DNA of 64,000 nt from a virus, in the IMG/VR virus record IMGVR_UViG_3300022856_000003; one strand, given 5' to 3'. A model generated the notes under the pieces. It was given only the letters and a program-made list of their open reading frames with translations. It was not told the DNA's origin and did no database searches. Below, piece by piece: positions 60,074 through 64,000 of this stretch (its first letter is position 1; every line of letters begins with the position of its first letter). Both the position numbers and the translations under genes were made by a program.

Positions 60074-60643
60074 ATGAGGATCGGAATCATCGGGGCAAAA
60101 GGTCACGGCAAGGACTCAATCGCTGACATCCTGATCGACGAGAACGGCTTCCGAAAGGTCGCGTTCGCTGATCCCATGAAGGAGATGCTTCACGTTGGCC
60201 TTGGCATCTCTCGCAAGATTCTCTACGGGCCTGCCGACGTGAAGGAACGGGTTCTCCCGGAGTTCGGTGTGTCGCCGCGACACATGTTGGTGACCCTGGG
60301 GACCGAGTGGGGCCGAAGGCTCATTCATGAAGACCTATGGACCAACATCGCGATGCTCAGGACCCTCCCGCTCTATGAGCTTGAGCATGGTGTTCAGTCT
60401 TGGGTAGCTTCCGACGTGCGCTTTATCAACGAGGCAAAGGCTCTCGTAGAGGCTGGATTCGTCATGTTCAAGGTGGAGCGACCTGGATACGTCACGAAGA
60501 CGGGCGAGCACGCAGGGCATCAGTCGGAGACGGAGCTGAACGACATCGAGTACGACGTGTTGATCAGGAACGATTCCACACTGGAAGATCTGCACGAGAA
60601 GGCTAGGCGAATACTCAAGGCCATGCGACACGCCAACCCTTGA
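60074..60643 (+). CDS. deoxynucleoside monophosphate kinase
   Basis: GAKGHGKD P-loop, FADPMKE, LGTEWGR, DVRFINE, HQSE. Confidence 0.9.
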   Translation: MRIGIIGAKGHGKDSIADILIDENGFRKVAFADPMKEMLHVGLGISRKILYGPADVKERVLPEFGVSPRHMLVTLGTEWGRRLIHEDLWTNIAMLRTLPLYELEHGVQSWVASDVRFINEAKALVEAGFVMFKVERPGYVTKTGEHAGHQSETELNDIEYDVLIRNDSTLEDLHEKARRILKAMRHANP

Positions 60644-60668
60644 CTCGCTTTGATTGTTCAGCTACAGT
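60640..60668 (+). promoter_or_regulatory. sigma70-like promoter with a TGTTCA spacer motif
   Basis: TTGACT-17 nt-TACAGT. Confidence 0.65.
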
Positions 60669-61118
60669 AATTGCGTGACCTCGATCTCCCGCAAGGTGCG
60701 GGACTGGAGATATCGAATGCGCGACTTCTACGCTCGAATCATCAAGAATGCCGCCCGAACCAGCGAGACTCTCAAGTCGGCCCGAGCCTGCCCACAGGTC
60801 GAAGAGGCCGTGTGCTTCCTGAGCGAGTCCGAAGCTGCCGCGATGTTCGAGGAAGCTCGATGAGCGAGCGCAAAGAAGTTCGCATCCTCGGATCTAACAA
60901 GGTCACCCGTTTCAACATGCTGTTCGACGACGGGACAGACCGCCTCGAGTTTGGTACCCGCGCTGGCGGATACATCATCCGAGAGGACTCGATCGAGCGT
61001 GGTGAGACCATCGTTGATGGTTGGCTGACACTCGCGCAGATGGACCTCATCCGCGACAACTTCAAGGCCCTGGCAATGGGCACGATGACTGAGGCAGAAG
61101 CACTCGGCACGGTCGACG

Positions 61119-61682
61119 ATGCTTCCTGAACCACTCAGAACGCTCCAGGATCAGAAGAGGTTCCACGAGGAGATCAAGCGCGCATATCGATGGCTCGATA
61201 TTGATGTGGACCCGAAGGCGGCATGCCTCTACTGGGCGATGGCCACGCTGATCGCGGCTGAACGAAATCGATTGCGCGAAGACTTCGGCTGGGACTTCCA
61301 GCTCCAAGGCGGCACAGCTTCATTCGTTCGCCTTGCTGACGAAGACGACGACGGGCATGAGGACACGCACAACGCCTTCTCCTACGTCTTCGAGGATAGC
61401 CAGGTCACTCGAACCGCTATCCGAGAAGGTCGGCTCCCAGAGATGCACGTCTGGGTCGCCTGTGCGGTCAACGGCGTCATCGTCGATGTGACCACTGGCT
61501 TTCAGCCCGCCCAGTGCCTTGCTCGCGGGAAGATGCCATGGACGGCTCCAAAGCCTCCACCGTTCGTCATGTTCGGTGTGGACGATCCGCCGTCCGGTCT
61601 CTTCTACGCACCCAGTAGACCCGGAACAATCCTGGCGCATGCCTTCGCAGAAGACGCGATGCGCGAGAGGAAGAATCGATGA
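61119..61682 (+). CDS. hypothetical protein (possible transglutaminase-like C/H/D triad)
   Basis: CLYWA...HVWV...IVDVT spacing. Confidence 0.4.
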   Translation: MLPEPLRTLQDQKRFHEEIKRAYRWLDIDVDPKAACLYWAMATLIAAERNRLREDFGWDFQLQGGTASFVRLADEDDDGHEDTHNAFSYVFEDSQVTRTAIREGRLPEMHVWVACAVNGVIVDVTTGFQPAQCLARGKMPWTAPKPPPFVMFGVDDPPSGLFYAPSRPGTILAHAFAEDAMRERKNR

Positions 61683-62389
61683 GTCAAGTACCCATGTACG
61701 CCCACTGCCGAATCCCGAAGGACCTGACCCGTAAGCACTTCGATCTGATGATCGAAGCCTGCGGGAAGATCGATCCGCAGTTGTTCCCTGCGTTGCTTGA
61801 GATCGACCCGAACGGTGGCGACTGGCGAGGAGAACTCGGCGAGGACCATGCAGACGCCACTCTGCGTCGTCGCGACTCGGCTGGTGTCCTGTCGGCTGGA
61901 GACTCCGAGAAGATCAACAAGGAGATCGAGGGTCTCGAGCTTCTCGCGAAGCATCACTTCATCGAGAACACCCTCCGAGGAGCTGTGGACATCTTCATCG
62001 CTCCACGCCTCGACAAGAACCTGGAGCCGCCCGAGTTCACGGGAATCATGGACCCGCTCGACGACGACAAGTGGCTAATCCTCGTGACCGGTGGCATGTC
62101 GAGTGGAGGTCTTCCGAACGAGGACTATGCCTTGCTCTGCATGCTGGCTTTCAGCCACGTCACCCGCGTGGATCTCAAGGAGCTGCTGGCCGACGAGATC
62201 GTCACGGAGTTCGAGATCGGAAGCCCAGGTTGGGATATGGACGGCCTGCTCAACGATGAGGTGGCTCACATCTCGGGCTACGAGGGCGATGGAGTGAACG
62301 ACGAAGGGACGCGAGGCCAGGTGTTCTACCTACTCAACAATGGAGTCGATCGCGAGAAGATCGAGAAGCTCCTGAGCGGTACAGGCTGA
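61679..62389 (+). CDS. hypothetical protein
   Basis: 236 aa coupled ORF with VTGGMSSG. Confidence 0.6.
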   Translation: MSQVPMYAHCRIPKDLTRKHFDLMIEACGKIDPQLFPALLEIDPNGGDWRGELGEDHADATLRRRDSAGVLSAGDSEKINKEIEGLELLAKHHFIENTLRGAVDIFIAPRLDKNLEPPEFTGIMDPLDDDKWLILVTGGMSSGGLPNEDYALLCMLAFSHVTRVDLKELLADEIVTEFEIGSPGWDMDGLLNDEVAHISGYEGDGVNDEGTRGQVFYLLNNGVDREKIEKLLSGTG

Positions 62390-63334
62390 TGGAGCTGGAT
62401 TCCTTCGCCCCAGGCACCAGCTACGCATACGCCCTGGTGCGTGCGGCTTACCGAGGTAGCTATCCCGGGTCGAGGCTTTCTTGGAGGAAGCTGAATCCAG
62501 CTCTCATGTCCGCACTCAACTTCGCCATCGAACACCAGTTCAAGTTCAAGCTGGGCGAGATCGAGAGCATCTTCAAGAATTTCAACGGCGCATTCTGGTT
62601 CGGTGACCGCGAGTACATCTACACCCGGTCTTGTCGTGTCGGAAATGTGAGTGCAGCCAACTCATACGAGAACTGGGTAGGTAGGAAGCCCTTCCGATGG
62701 GACGGTGCCTCGGAACAAAGGCCATACGACCTGGGAGTGAACCGGCTATGCGTCGGTGCCTACTTCTACGTGGAAAACGAGGAATGGTGCGTGACCTCGT
62801 TCACCGATGATGGTCACAGTGTCAACGTCGTGCAGTACAAGGAGTGCCGGGCTGGCGAGCCTCGTATCAAGAAGGTGAGCCGTCGCTGGTCCATCCCACT
62901 GTCTTTACTCCGTGTGAAGCGGAAGGAAGCCAAGCGTGACGATGAGATCAAGAAGGCCCAAGATGCGATGGAGGTTTCATGAGTACACTCGAAGGCATGT
63001 TGAAGGCCGCGAGGAAGAAGTACCTCGCCAACATCAGTGCTCGATTCGACCTTGAGTTCGAGCGTCTCGAGTGCGTGACGCACGCTTTCAGGCAGCACAG
63101 TCAGAACTACATCGACTTTCAGACCGGCCCCCAGCTCGACATCACCGTGACCATCAGTCGGCCCGAGAGGTTCAGGCCAGGCTCGATCCGAATAGGGCTC
63201 ACAGCCACGGGAGCTGTGGAAACGTGGTGGAACAGCCGCGACGACTTGCCGCTAGTCCATGGGCGCTTGACGATGGAAGCACTTGACCCGATCGAGGTAG
63301 TCGAAGCGGTCCTGACTAAGGTCAGAATCGACCT

Positions 63335-63465
63335 GCACCATTGAGTGTTCCGAGGCGCATATCCGCGCTCTGTGCCGGTCCGTGATAGCCCTAGACCACA
63401 GCGACGCACACTCGCGCCCCTGAGAACTACAAAGTCTCTACGGGGCTCTACGAGCCTCTACGGAG
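63335..63465 (+). repeat. fixed-spacing dispersed element, copy 3
   Basis: GCACCATT at 63335, ACGCACACTC at 63404, CTCTACG at 63436/63446/63456. Confidence 0.7.
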
Positions 63466-63488
63466 GTCAGTGTTTTCGACCCGTTTCG

Positions 63489-63517
63489 TTGCGCTTGTCG
63501 ATGTTCAGTGCTATAGT
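63489..63517 (+). promoter_or_regulatory. sigma70-like promoter with a TGTTCA spacer motif
   Basis: TTGCGC-17 nt-TATAGT; nearly identical to the 32089 promoter. Confidence 0.65.
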
Positions 63518-64000
63518 CATCACATGTCCCACCCCTTATCTCCAGGAAGGTCCTGGATCGAGGTGCAGAGATGACGCCAGAAATTATTCCAGGTTGCTTC
63601 GTTCAGTCGACCCAGACTTCAAAGTCAAAGGGTCATCTGCCGATGGGCGTGGTAGGGAAGGTCATCAAGATGGCCAACTCGAGCTACGCCGAGAAGTGGT
63701 GGGTCCAGGACATGGACGGCACGAGCTACTGGCCGATGACGAAGTATCTGGCAGTTCTGGACGATCCTGGAGTGTGCTTCTCAACGCCCTGGGAAATCAG
63801 CCAGGGCGAGAGCGAGACGGGGCCTGGGAAGCGGCTCATCTTCACGATGAAGATCTGCTCCGTAAGTCGGTCCGGTGCGGCGGCGAAGGTTCGTATTTCC
63901 GGTATGAACGCATTCAAAGAGATCTGGCTTCCGGTAAGTCAGGTGCCTGCCCTTCAAATCACGGTTCGTGGTGCCACGGTCAATGCGTGGGTTCCAAACT

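Noticed and set aside
5296-61275. Recurrent palindrome or 47.3 kb repeats as a CRISPR array
   Set aside because: The copies are 12-16 bp and kilobases apart, or only two copies 131 bp apart. There is no repeat-spacer periodicity and no cas gene.

Overview
A 64 kb segment of a large, GC-rich dsDNA myovirus-type (probably jumbo) phage genome. Essentially all credible genes lie on the + strand. Bases ~1.5-27 kb hold a contractile-tail module with eCIS-like features: sheath, two tube paralogs, gp26-like hub chaperone plus a small -1-frame partner, tape measure, LysM, hub, spike, gp25, baseplate J/I-like proteins and a fibre. It is interrupted by a 2H phosphoesterase, a class II ribonucleotide reductase, a DNA methyltransferase and an XRE regulator. 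Bases ~27-64 kb are a dense array of small accessory genes behind many sigma70-like promoters: YkgJ-like, SAM methyltransferase, deoxyribosyltransferase-like, QueC-like, GIY-YIG, HNH, MazG-like, dNMP kinase and a MopE-repeat lipoprotein that hints at a myxobacterial host. The most notable unexplained signals are: (1) a shared acidic amphipathic C-terminal tag on about nine unrelated proteins; (2) proteins that carry fragments resembling major capsid, portal and RNR motifs; (3) at least 18 copies of the palindrome GAAATCGATT(T/G)C every 1-6 kb, inside and between genes; (4) a fixed-spacing ~130 bp dispersed element; (5) two promoter-driven structured ncRNA candidates, one with a tRNA-like T arm; (6) an iteron-rich origin- or terminus-like region. 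All family assignments come from motif recognition by eye; no database searches were run.
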